Source of the DNA: Saccostrea echinata
Lineage: Eukaryota
Length of the DNA: 64,000 nucleotides
Assembly: GCF_033153115.1 (NCBI RefSeq)
Contig: NW_026889765.1
Location: 11,222,001-11,286,000 of the forward strand
Direction: 5' to 3'
The translations under genes and the position numbers were made by a program. Shown one piece after another: positions 49,388 through 61,265 of this stretch. The notes below the pieces were generated by a model. That model was given only the letters and a program-made list of their open reading frames with translations, made no database searches and was not told the DNA's origin. Within the stretch, counting starts at the first letter, position 1, and each line of letters opens with the position of its first letter.

Positions 49388-50773
49388 AACAACATAACCC
49401 AGTCACTGTTTAACATAACCCAGTCACTGAGGAACATAACCCAGTCACTGAGGAACATAACCCAGTCACTGTCAACATAACCCAGTCACTGTTCAACATA
49501 ACCCAGTCATTGTTTAACATAACCCAGTCACTGAGGAACATAACCCAGTCACTGTTCAACATAACCCAGTCACTGTTTAACATAACCCAGTCACTGTTCA
49601 ACATAAGCCAGTCACTGAACAACATAACCCAGTCACTGAGGAACATAACCCAGTCACTGTTTAGCATAACCCAGTCACTACACAACATAAGCCAGTCACT
49701 GTTTAACACAACCCAATCACTTTACATCATAACCCAGTCACTGAACAACATAACCCAGTCACTGTTCAACATAACCCAGTCACTGTTTATCATAACCCAG
49801 TCACTGAGGAACATGACCCAGTCACTGTTCAACATAACCCAATCACTGTTTAATATAACCCAGTCTCTGTTCAACATAACCCAGTCACCTTTCAACATAA
49901 CCCAGTCACTGTTCAACATAACCCAGTCACTGAACAACATAACCCAGTCACTGAACATCATAACCATGTCACTGAGGAACATACCCAGTCACAGAGAAAC
50001 ATAACTAAGTCACCGAACAACATAACCCAGTCACTGAGGAACATAACCCAGTCACTGTTCAACATAACCAAGTCACTGAACAACATAAGCCAGTCACTGT
50101 TTAACACAACCCAATCACTTTACAACATAACCCAGTCACTGAACAACATAACCCAGTCACTGTTCAACATAACCCAATCACTGTTTAATATAACCCAGTC
50201 ACTGTTCAACATAACCTAGTCACCTTTCAACATAACCCAGTCACTGTTCAACATAACCCAGTCACTGAGGAACATAACCCAGTCACTGTTCAACATAACC
50301 CAGTCACTGAACAACATAACCCAGTCACTGAGGAACATAACCCAGTCACTGTTCAACATAACCCAGTCACTGAGGAACATAACCCAGTCACTGTCAACAT
50401 AACCCAGTCACTGAACAACATAACCCAGACACTGTTTAACATAACCCAGTCACTGTTCAACATAAGCCAGTCACTGAACAACATAAGCCAGTCACTGTTT
50501 AACATAACCCAGTCACTGTTTAACATAACGCAGTCACTACACAACATAAGCCAGTCACTGTTTAACACAACCCAATCACTTTACAACATAACCCAGTCAC
50601 TGAACATCATAATCATGTCACTGAGGAACATACCCAGTCACAGAGAAACATAACTAAGTCACTGAACAACATAACCAAGTCACTGAGGAACATAACCCAG
50701 TCACTGTATAACATAACCCAGTCACTGAACAACATAACCCAGTCATTGTTCAACATAACCCAGTCACTGAACA
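49388..50773 (+). repeat. 21-bp tandem array, ~65 copies (left foldback arm, in intron 3 of the element gene)
   Basis: Unit AACATAACCCAGTCACTG + TTC/TTT/AAC/AGG. Confidence 0.97.
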
Positions 50774-53049
50774 TTGTATATTGTAAGTTACTTGGAAATG
50801 GTAAATTGGATCTGAAAGAGATATTCTTGAGAAAATGTTTTCTTTATATATCACACATATATTTCTGTACTCAAATTCACAATATATTTATTAACTTGAC
50901 ATGCTAAATGATTTCAGATCTCTGTAGAATATAATTTGAGGAAAGACCCCAAAAAGGTAAAAATATTTTAACAATTTTGGGGTAAAATCACAATTTTTTT
51001 TTTAACAGCTTTTTTCTGTTGTCAATGAGATGTTAAACTAATTTATTTCTGTAGAACTTACGTATGAATACCTAAGTGTGCATGTTCATCTTTGTCATTA
51101 ATTAATCAACAATTACAGTTGTCCTGCAAAGCCAATATTCTTCAATTAAATATCGGTTTTATTGACAGTTATAAAATGGTTAGGTAATAATGAAGGCCAG
51201 TACACAAAAAGTTCATCTTTGATCAATTACTTTTCAGAAAAGAAAGAGAACATCTTTCTTGTACTCAGATATTAGAGGAAGGTACACAAAAGTTTCAGCA
51301 TGGGCATTGAAATAGAAAAGTTCTTAGTTTAGACTTCTTTATAAGCAATTGCAATAAGTCCAGCAGTTTGAGTTACAGAGTAGTTGTAGCAAACAACCAT
51401 TGCAAAGATTCCCTCATCCTTTTATGTTTATAAATGGGAATCTTTGAGATGTTCCAAATTCAATCATATACATGTACATGAAAGTTTCATACTAAATATT
51501 ATTGCATGTTATTAGTACTAATAATGATATTTAGTAAACATACAAGCATGTAACTTATAAAAAGCACCCTTTTTGGAATTTATTGAATTCAGCACCAGGC
51601 ACAAAATTCAGTATGCTCATTAACTATATTTGTTGTGATTATATGCAATGTATTTACTTTTTATTTTCATAAACCATTTTATGTAAACCTTATGTGTATG
51701 ATTTGTATTAATGATCGGTAATATGTTGTTTGTGTGTAGGGTGTATGTGTGTGTGTGTTTTTGGTTGATTTCACTCAATTAGCTTAATTTATTATTAGAC
51801 ACTGGTTAAATGTTAACTTGCATATACACAGAATTATTAGAAGCATGTGTACATACAGTTTTATTTTGTCATTTCATTTTTGTAGGTAAATATGTTTTTC
51901 TTTTATTTTAGATATGTGCCTTGTTCAAAGGTGAGGCATTTGGGAGAGAGTTCTACAGTTCTTACAGTAAGTATACACAGTTATAAGAGAAAGCAATTCC
52001 CTTTGATTATGTAGAGCTAGGTTTGATAAATTTTTTTTAAATTGATAAACAAATCTGTGTTTTAGGAGGGAAATGAGGTTTACCCATTATAATATCTTTC
52101 ATCCAAATATTTTTTTTTTTCATCAAAAACTGCCAAAAATGTTTTCTTCAGACCTTTTAACAATATAAGCAGAGGGGAAAAAATAGAATATTATTTGATC
52201 TTTGATATAAAAATGGCCTATGAACTTTTTAAGCAGAACTTTGGACTTATAGTCACAGACCAAAACATATATGAGTAAACAGTTGTAGTAACTCAGGCAG
52301 TAATGAAAGATGCTGTCAACACATACTATCAGAAAATGGCCGGTTTGTCAGATTGCTTCTTTAGTTAAATTTTGTAAGTACATCGATAACAGGCTAATGC
52401 AAAACTTCAAGAGAGATTAATCCCTTGCATATCTAATGAATGAAAATCCAGTGTATTGATGCAAGCAGATCCACTTTTTTTTTAAGCAGATTATCAAAAT
52501 TAATGAAACTTGAGGTTGTTAAGACATTTTGACGATATGATCCATGTTCTGTAAGGTGATACCATATATATGACATATAATGCCATATTTACACATATAT
52601 CTTTATAAAAATTGCTACAGTTGTGTATGTATATTTAAGAAATTATTGTGTTAATGAGTGTAGTGTAAATTTAAGAGTGCAGTGCTGATTTTTTATATTT
52701 TTTTTTTTTTTTTTTTTTTTTACATCTAGTCATTTTATTATTTTACTGGACAACCCTTGTATTTTGGTCATAGCAATATAGATGATACAAATGAAAATTC
52801 TTATTAAATGTACTAGTCATTAATTCATCGTATTTTTTCCACTAAACAGAAAGCTTCAGAACAGATATCAGAATGCAATGCCTTGTTGCACAAGAGTGTA
52901 AAAGCTGAAGTGAGTATAATAATAATAATTAATATACATGCAATTCACACCTTTAGTATATAAATGCATTCCAATGTCTTTCTGGTTACTTTCCATGTCA
53001 CCTGACCCATTAAATATTCCTATGAGCATTTCTAATGAAACAAATTCTT

Positions 53050-53228
53050 CTGGTGTCCATCATACTATCTTTAAACTATTTACATTATAAAAATAAAACA
53101 TGTATGATGTTTTAGGGTAACACATTAAATTGATATCCTTTGAAAACCATTGCTGACTGATGCAAAGCTGAGGTCATCAATGGTTTTCAAGGGATAACAA
53201 TTTCACATGTTACCCTAAAAACGTATTA

Positions 53229-53273
<45 letters not shown>

Positions 53274-53866
53274 CGTTGTCCGTCTGTTAATTTTTCACAT
53301 TTTCATCTTCTTTTCAAGAACCACTAGGCCAATTTTAACCAAAGTTGGTACAAAGCATCCTTTGGTGAAGGGGAAATTAAATTGTTAAAATAAGGGGCAA
53401 ACCCCCTTACAAGGGGAGATAATCAAGAAAAGGCAAAAATAGGGTGGGGTCATTAAAAAATCTTCTTCTTAAGAACCGCTGGGCCAGAAAAGCTTAAACT
53501 CGTGGAATCATGCTGGAGTAGTGTAGATTCTAAATTGTTAAAATCATGATCCCCAGGGATAGAGTGGGGCCACAACAGGAATCAAATTTTTACATTGAAA
53601 TATATATGAAAAAATCCTTGGAGATCTCCTTTTTAAGAACCACTGGGCCAGATATGCTGAAATTTATGTGGAAGCAACCTGGAGTAGTGAAGATTACAAA
53701 TTGTTAAAATCATACTCCTTGGGGTAGGGTGGGGCCACAATAGGTATAACATTGGGGAAAGTCTGGTGAAGAACAGCATGGCCAAAGTTACTCAGGTGAG
53801 TGTTGTAGCCCATGGGCCTCTAGTTTTTATAATGTAAATAGTTTAAAGATAGCATGATGGACACCA
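53050..53866. mobile_element. Palindromic MITE interrupted by a HINE (53228-53826), inside the foldback element
   Basis: Outer arms ctggtgtccatcat.ctatctttaaactatttacattataaaa / ttttataatgtaaatagtttaaagatag.atgatggacaccag; inner hairpin 53111-53220; HINE ends ttagctcacctgagctgaaagctcaagtgagc and ctcaggtgag..gcccatgggcctctagtt. Confidence 0.7.
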
Positions 53867-55243
53867 GGAAGCAATGGTTTTCAAGGGATAACCTTAAAAA
53901 TGTAAATATTTTCCTTTGTTATACCAAATCTATTTAGAATAAAGCATTTTAAAAAAAGAACCCACAGTAAACGGTACGGGCATACATTCTGCCCAATTTT
54001 GCACTGTAACCTGTCGTCATGCAATGTCACCGTTGCTATGTAATGTTACGTGGAGGGTAGCAGTACTTTTTAACAAATGTTTTTAAACCAATCAAATTTG
54101 ACTTAACATAAAAGTTAAACAATAAGGTTTGTCTATATTGTTCATGAAAAATTAACATTTTTTTGTTTATATATAGACTGAACAGTCCATGAAACTGGTT
54201 TACATTTTGTGCGAATGGCCAAGGATGGATCTTCCCATAAACAAGGGAACAGGAAACATACAAGGCTACAATATAGCAACTCTGGTAATTTTTAGTATCA
54301 GAGCTGTTGCATGCATGGTTATCTAACAGCCCTGGGTTCAGAATTTAATTCTGTCTTATTTATCACTCAATTTTACTGTTTATTTCACACAATCATATGG
54401 TGTGATCTGACTTTCTGATCAGTTTTCTGAATCCCTATCAACACTTTTTGAAACTGACTCAATCTTCAGGTCAAGTTAGAGAAATTTATTAAGAATTGAT
54501 GTTTAGATATATAAACAGCATGATATATATATAAAAGCTCAACAATGAAGATTAGAGTGAAAAAGGGGATAGTATAGCCTGCTCTAAGTGATTAGTAATA
54601 GTTCTATAACACTACCTGTTTATGGCAGAGAGATTTTCAGGAGAAAAAATTCCTGTAATTATTTAAAAATTTTAACAGTTTGCAAAAGACATCAAAACAA
54701 AGCTGAAGGAAATATTGGAATTAGAAGAGGGTGATAAGAGGTAAATAATAAACATTGAAAGCAGCCATTTACTTTTAAATTGTCTTCATTGAATTTATGG
54801 GCAATAAAATGAGATTCCAGTCATTGGAAATTAAAGAGAATTTATGGTATGTCTTTTGTAGTTTAACACTGTTTTATGCACTTTGGTTTACAAGATGTAC
54901 CGTAACAACTGGTTAAAATTAAATTAACTTGATCGAGTGTTATAATATTCCTTTTACAGGTGTTATGAACCACACTGGAGACATATGCGATGGATTGACA
55001 GGAATGACTTGACCGACCATAATGTGATGAATAACTCTGTGAAAGGAATGGAAGAAAGAAATAAACTTTTTCATAAAGAGGTAACATCCATATGTATTCT
55101 CTGTAGATTTTAATGTATAAGCATACAATGTATTTTACAAGGCTAGTCCTGCATATTCTTGCTCATGTGCAGGTGTTGTTATGGATACTGATTTATAACA
55201 TGATTGTTTTCTTTTTTATTGAACAGAGTCTTTCTCATATATA

Positions 55244-55419
55244 CAGTTGAACTTCGGTATCTCGAACACGGATATCTCAAATCTTATGGATATGTCGAAG
55301 TGATTTGGAAGTCCCAAGCACTTAATATTTTAAGTATTTTACCCCCAATATCTCGAACCCTCAGATATCTCGAAGTTTATTCTCGGTCCCATTGAGTTGG
55401 AGATAACGAGGTTTGACTG
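55244..55419. mobile_element. Tc1/mariner-type MITE (TA TSD) in intron 9 of the element gene
   Basis: TA|CAGTTGAACTTCGGTATCTCGAA ... GAGATAACGAGGTTTGACTG|TA. Confidence 0.8.
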
Positions 55420-57242
55420 TATATATATATATATATGAGCGTGTGTGTGTGTGTGTGTGTTAGAGAAGGAAACAAGTTTATTTGCCTATTTTTTTTCCCT
55501 TCCAATAGAGATGGGCTGAAATGAGTGCTCTTGTTTTAAAAGAATTTGGCTTGTTTAAACCAAAAACACTCATGTAAGTTTATACCTCAATTTAATTTGC
55601 TATTCTATAGCTATATAAACTTACCACGGAAGATGAATCTTAACCTATCACCTTTAGAGCTTTGTGAATATTTAACTCTTGGAGTTAAGAAAATTGTCGT
55701 CAAGACTTCATATAAGTCCGACTAAGATTTATAAATAAATTTCTAGACATATATCATCAGTACATCTGCTTACTAAGGATTGATTTCAAGAGGTAGACAT
55801 AATGTACCCATTAAAGAATATTGTATGTACTGTAAATAATTTTTTTTTTGGTGATAACTTTATTTTTGCATATTAGCGAGACTGTTTGTAGGGGAAAATT
55901 TCATTCACACATAATATTCCTCTTATAAAGATTATATAGGGCAGATATCAAAAGTTGTGAAAATTTTATTTTGTTTATAAATATCAAATAAAAGAAGCAC
56001 ACATTTTGCACCAAGGTAATTCCACTCCCCCTTTTCAACAAATTAAAGACAACTAAGTCATGTTCAGCATTCTTCATTGTACTTTTTTAATTAAAAAAAT
56101 TTGTCGATTTTAGTGGTCTCTTCAGTCCTCCAGGATATTACCTTAGTTTGAAAAACTGCAATAATGGAAAGCTTATGGCAACACTGGAAGATGAGTATGA
56201 TATTTTTTTTATTCATCCTTGTTGAAGAAAATGGAGAGGCATATTGTGTAAAGTCAGTCAGGGGTTATCTTTGTAACTAAATTGTTAACTTTTAAAGTAA
56301 ACCATATGTCTCTTCATATCCATAATTTAATCATAATTCACGTCTGATTTTTTCTTGATTTGATTGATCTCCATAGACAACTTTATTCTTAATTATTTTC
56401 ATTCTCTTTTAGGACAGGACAGAGATTGAATGAAGGAGTTAGATACTTTAAGGATGTATTGCTTGTAGAAGCAAGAATCATTATCGCTTCTGTTGTCAAG
56501 AACATAACATATAGAGAAGCTGAAGAACTTCTCTATCCATTGAAATAACAAATTTATGTTTCAGTTGATTGAGTTTGCAAATTTGTTATATTGGAATATT
56601 TCGATTGTGATAGCATTGCAAAAGATGTTCTACATCAATTGCTATATGACAACAATGTTGAACTTACAATATTTGTCAGGGCTGATCAATTGTATTTGGT
56701 TACTCTAGATGAACTCATAAACTCTAATAATTGTGATTTCATTCAAATCAAATCCACACCAGTCCCAGACTGTTTTATCATTAATTCCTACTAGAAACAT
56801 TAGTTTAAATGTAGGAAGAATTTGATAAAATTTGATGTATTTGACTTTGAAAATATCTAATAAAGTTTTGTTTTTCTGACAAGTGAAATGAATTTCACAT
56901 GCAGAATTCATACCATTGGATTTGGGTGTATAATTTAAAAGGAACACTTGTGCAACCATGCATTATTTCTTAAACAGTACCTGTAATACATTTGTATGGT
57001 CTTAATATTGTGTGGCAATTTTTTTCCCCTAGGATTAATTGATCTATGTTATTTTTATCTTTAGGTTCCTCAGTGACTAAACCCAATTTGTATAAAAATT
57101 GGGAGCAGAGCTCTAGAAAAAGGCTTAACATTAGTTTATGTTCCAAATAATGATTGTGTCAAATAAATTATTTTCCTTACCACTTTTGTATATATGCCTT
57201 ATATATGGAGACCAAATTATGCACATTAATTCATATTCAATG

Positions 57243-60200
57243 CTTGGGTTATGTTTCTCAGTGACTGGGTTATGTTGTTCAGTGACTGGGTTATGCTGTT
57301 GAGAGACTGGGTTATGCTGAACAGTGACTGGGTTATGTTCCTCAGTGACTGGGTTATGTTGAACAGTGACTGGGTTATGTTAAACTGTGATTTGGTTATG
57401 TTGTTCTGTGACTGGGTTATGTTGTTCTGTGACTGGGTTATGCTGTTCTGTGACTGGGTTATGTTGAAGAGTGACCGGGTAATGTTAAACAGTGACTGGG
57501 TTATGTTGTTCAGTGACTGCGTTATGTTCCTCAGTGACTGGGTTATGTTAAACGGTGACTGGGTTATGTTAAACAGTGACTGGGTTATGTTGAACTGTGA
57601 CTGGGTTAGGTTTCCCAATGATGGGTTTTGTTGTACAGTAACTGGGTTATGTTTCTTAGTGACTGGGTTATGTTCCTCTGTGACTGGGTTATGTTGCGCA
57701 GAGACTGGATTATGTTGCTTGGAGACTGAATTATGTTGTTCAGTGACTGGGTTATATATCTCTGTGACTAGGTTTTGTTGTTGAGTGACTGGATTATGTT
57801 TCTCTGTGACTGGGTAATGTTGTTCAAAAACTACGTTATGTTTCTCAGTGACTGGGTTATGTTAAACAGTGACTGGGTTATGTTAAACAGTGACTGGGTT
57901 ATGTTGTTCAGTGAGTGGGTTATGATGTACAGTGACTGGGTATGTTAAGTAGTGACTGGGTTATGTTAAACAGTGACTGGGTTATGTTGTATAGTGACTG
58001 GGTTATGTTCCTCAGTGACTGGGTTATGATAGACAGTGAGTGGGTTATGTTAAACAGTGACTGGGTTATGTTGTTCAGTGACTGGGTTATGTTGAACAGT
58101 GACTGGGTTATGTTGTGTAGTGACTGGGTTATGTTCCTCAGTGACTGGGTTATGATAAACAGTGACTGGGTTATGTTAAACAGTGACTGGGTTATGTTGT
58201 TCAGTGACTGGGTTATGTTAAACAGTGACATGGTTATGTTGTTCAGGGACTGGGTTATGATGTACAGTGACTGGGTATGTGAAGTAGTGACTGGGTTATG
58301 TTGAACAGTGACTGGGTTATGTTGTTTAGTGACTGGGTTATGTTCCTCAGTGACTGGGTTATGTTCCTCAGTGACTGGGTTATGTTGTTCAGTGACTGGG
58401 TTATGTTGTTCAGTGACTGGATTATGTTCCTCAGTGACTGGGTTATGTTGTTCAGTGACTTGGTTATGTTGAACAGTGACTCTGTTATGTTAAACAGTGA
58501 CTGGGTAATGTTGTTCAGTGACTGCATTATGTTCCTCAGTGACTGGGTTATTCTAAACGGTGACTGGGGTATGTTAAACAGTGACTGGGTTATGTTCCTC
58601 AGTGACTGGGTTATGTTCCTCAGTGACTGGGTTATGTTGTATAGTGACTGGGTTATGTTAAACAGTGACTGGGTTATGTTGTTCAGTGACTGGGTTATGT
58701 TCCTCAGTGACTGGTTTATGTTGAACAGTGACTGGGTTTTGTTGTTCATTCATTGGGTATGTTGAACTGTGACTGGGTTATGTTGAACTGTAACTGGGTT
58801 AGGTTTCCCAATGATGGGTTTTGTTGTACAGTAACTGGGTTATGTTTCTTAGTGACTGGGTTATGTTCCTCTGTGACTGGGTTTTGTTGCGCAGAGACTG
58901 GTTTATGTTGCTTGGAGACTAAATTATGTTGTTCAGTGACTGGGTTATATATCTCTGTGTCTAGGTTTTGTTGTTGAGTGACTGGATTATGTTTCTCTGT
59001 GACTGGGTAATGTTGTTCAAAAACTACGTTATGTTTCTCAGTGACTGGGTTATGTTAAACAGTGACTGGGTTATGTTAAACTGTGACTGGTTTATGTTGT
59101 TCAGTGACTGGGTTATGTTCCTCAGTGACTGGGTTATATTAAACAGTGACTGGGTTTTGTTGTTTAGTGAATGGGTTATGTTAAGCAGTGACTGGGTTAT
59201 GTTAAACAGTGACTGGGTTATGTTGTTCAGTGACTGGGTTATGTTAAACAGTGACATGGTTATGTTGTTCAGGGACTGGGTTATGATGTACAGTGACTGG
59301 GTATGTGAAGTAGTGACTGGGTTATGTTGAACAGTGACTGGGTTATGTTGTTTAGTGACTGGGTTATGTTCCTCAGTGACTGGGTTATGTTCCTCAGTGA
59401 CTGGGTTATGTTGTTCAGTGACTGGGTTATGTTGTTCAGTGACTGGATTATGTTCCTCAGTGACTGGGTTATGTTGTTCAGTGACTTGGTTATGTTGAAC
59501 AGTGACTCTGTTATGTTAAACAGTGACTGGGTAATGTTGTTCAGTGACTGCATTATGTTCCTCAGTGACTGGGTTATTCTAAACGGTGACTGGGGTATGT
59601 TAAACAGTGACTGGGTTATGTTCCTCAGTGACTGGGTTATGTTCCTCAGTGACTGGGTTATGTTGTATAGTGACTGGGTTATGTTAAACAGTGACTGGGT
59701 TATGTTGTTCAGTGACTGGGTTATGTTCCTCAGTGACTGGTTTATGTTGAACAGTGACTGGGTTTTGTTGTTCATTCATTGGGTATGTTGAACTGTGACT
59801 GGGTTATGTTGAACTGTAACTGGGTTAGGTTTCCCAATGATGGGTTTTGTTGTACAGTAACTGGGTTATGTTTCTTAGTGACTGGGTTATGTTCCTCTGT
59901 GACTGGGTTTTGTTGCGCAGAGACTGGTTTATGTTGCTTGGAGACTAAATTATGTTGTTCAGTGACTGGGTTATATATCTCTGTGTCTAGGTTTTGTTGT
60001 TGAGTGACTGGATTATGTTTCTCTGTGACTGGGTAATGTTGTTCAAAAACTACGTTATGTTTCTCAGTGACTGGGTTATGTTAAACAGTGACTGGGTTAT
60101 GTTAAACTGTGACTGGTTTATGTTGTTCAGTGACTGGGTTATGTTCCTCAGTGACTGGGTTATATTAAACAGTGACTGGGTTTTGTTGTTTAGTGAATGG

Positions 60201-61265
60201 GTTATGTTAAGCAGTGACTGGGTTATGTTAAACAGTGACTGGGTTATGTTGTTCAGTGACTGGGTTATGTTGTATAGTGACTGGGTCATGTTCCTCAGTG
60301 ACTGGGTTATGTTAAACAGTGACTGGGTATGTTGTTCAGTGACTGGGTTATGTTGTTCAGTGACTGGGTTATGTTGAACAGTGACTGGGTTATGTTGTTC
60401 AGTGACTGGGTTATGTTGAACAGTGACTGGGTTATGTTATACAGTGACTGGGTTATGTTAAACAATGACTGGGTTATGTTAAACAGTGACTGGGTTATGT
60501 TCCTCAGTGACTGGGTTATGTTCCTCAGTGACTGGGTTATGTTGTTCAGTGACTGGGTATGTTGAACAGTGACTCTGTTATGTTAAACAGTGACTGGGTT
60601 ATGTTGTTCAGTGACTGCATTATGTTCCTCAGTGACTGGGTTATGTTGAACAGTGACTGGGTTATGTTGTTTAGTGACTGGGTTATGTTCCTCAGTGACT
60701 GGGTTATGTTCCTCAGTGACTTAGTTATGTTCCTCAGTGACTGGGTTATGTTGAACAGTGACTGGGTTATGTTAAACAGTGACTGGGTTATGTTGTTCAG
60801 TGACTGGGTTATGTTCCTCAGTGACAGGGTTATGTTGTATAGTGACTGGGTTATGTTCCTCAGTGACTGGGTTATGTTGAACAGTGACTGGGTTATGTTA
60901 AACAGTGACTGGGTTATGTTTCTCTCTGGGTTATGTTGTTGAGAGACAGGGTTATGTTGCTCGGTGACTGGGTAATGATTTTCAGTGACTGGTTTATGTT
61001 ATTCAGGGACTGGGATTTGGTTCTCAGTAACTGGGTTATATTTTTCAGTGACTGGGTTATGCTATTGAGAGACTGGGTTATGTTGAACTGTGACTGGGTT
61101 AGGTTTCCCAGTGTATGTGTGTTCATTATCTCACAGTTGAACAGTGAATTGGTTATGTTATTGATTGAGTATAATATGTTGAACAGTGACTAGGTTAGGT
61201 TTTCCAGTGACTGAGTCAAGTTTCACAGTGACTAGGTTATGTTGTTCAAAGACTAGATTATGTTG
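57243..61265 (-). repeat. 21-bp tandem array, ~190 copies (right foldback arm), with a 1026-bp higher-order duplication
   Basis: Unit CAGTGACTGGGTTATGTT+NNN, the reverse complement of the left array; identical pseudo-ORFs recur at an offset of 1026. Confidence 0.97.

Larger units (their letters stand above)
48083..56548 (+). pseudogene. Element-borne 11-exon gene (~330 codons): CaRF/ALS2CR8-like N-terminus and PWWP3A/MUM1-like C-terminus; one in-frame TAA
   Basis: Phase-compatible GT-AG exons: 48083-48099, 48269-48426, 49012-49247, 50918-50956, 51238-51281, 51912-51966, 52850-52909, 54679-54740, 54960-55080, 55509-55573, 56413-56548. Motifs EYDAIPFIIMGKKILECHQGYDR and YFKDVLLVEARIIIASVVKNITYREAEE. 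TAA at 48318-48320. Confidence 0.7.

Noticed and set aside
56591-56959. Short ORFs downstream of the element gene as a transposase remnant
   Set aside because: No DDE, SWIM or other recognisable motif in any frame read.
49410-61193. Many ORFs with (NITQSLF)n or (MLNSDWV)n heptads that look like a glycoprotein or antifreeze-like repeat protein
   Set aside because: They are by-products of a stop-free 21-bp unit, open on both strands and broken by 20-bp units. There is no signal peptide or splice context, and the left array is intronic.
49388-61265. 21-bp arrays (and the 44-bp array at 25437-26530) as CRISPR arrays
   Set aside because: The units are head-to-tail with no unique spacers, there are no cas genes, and the DNA is eukaryotic.
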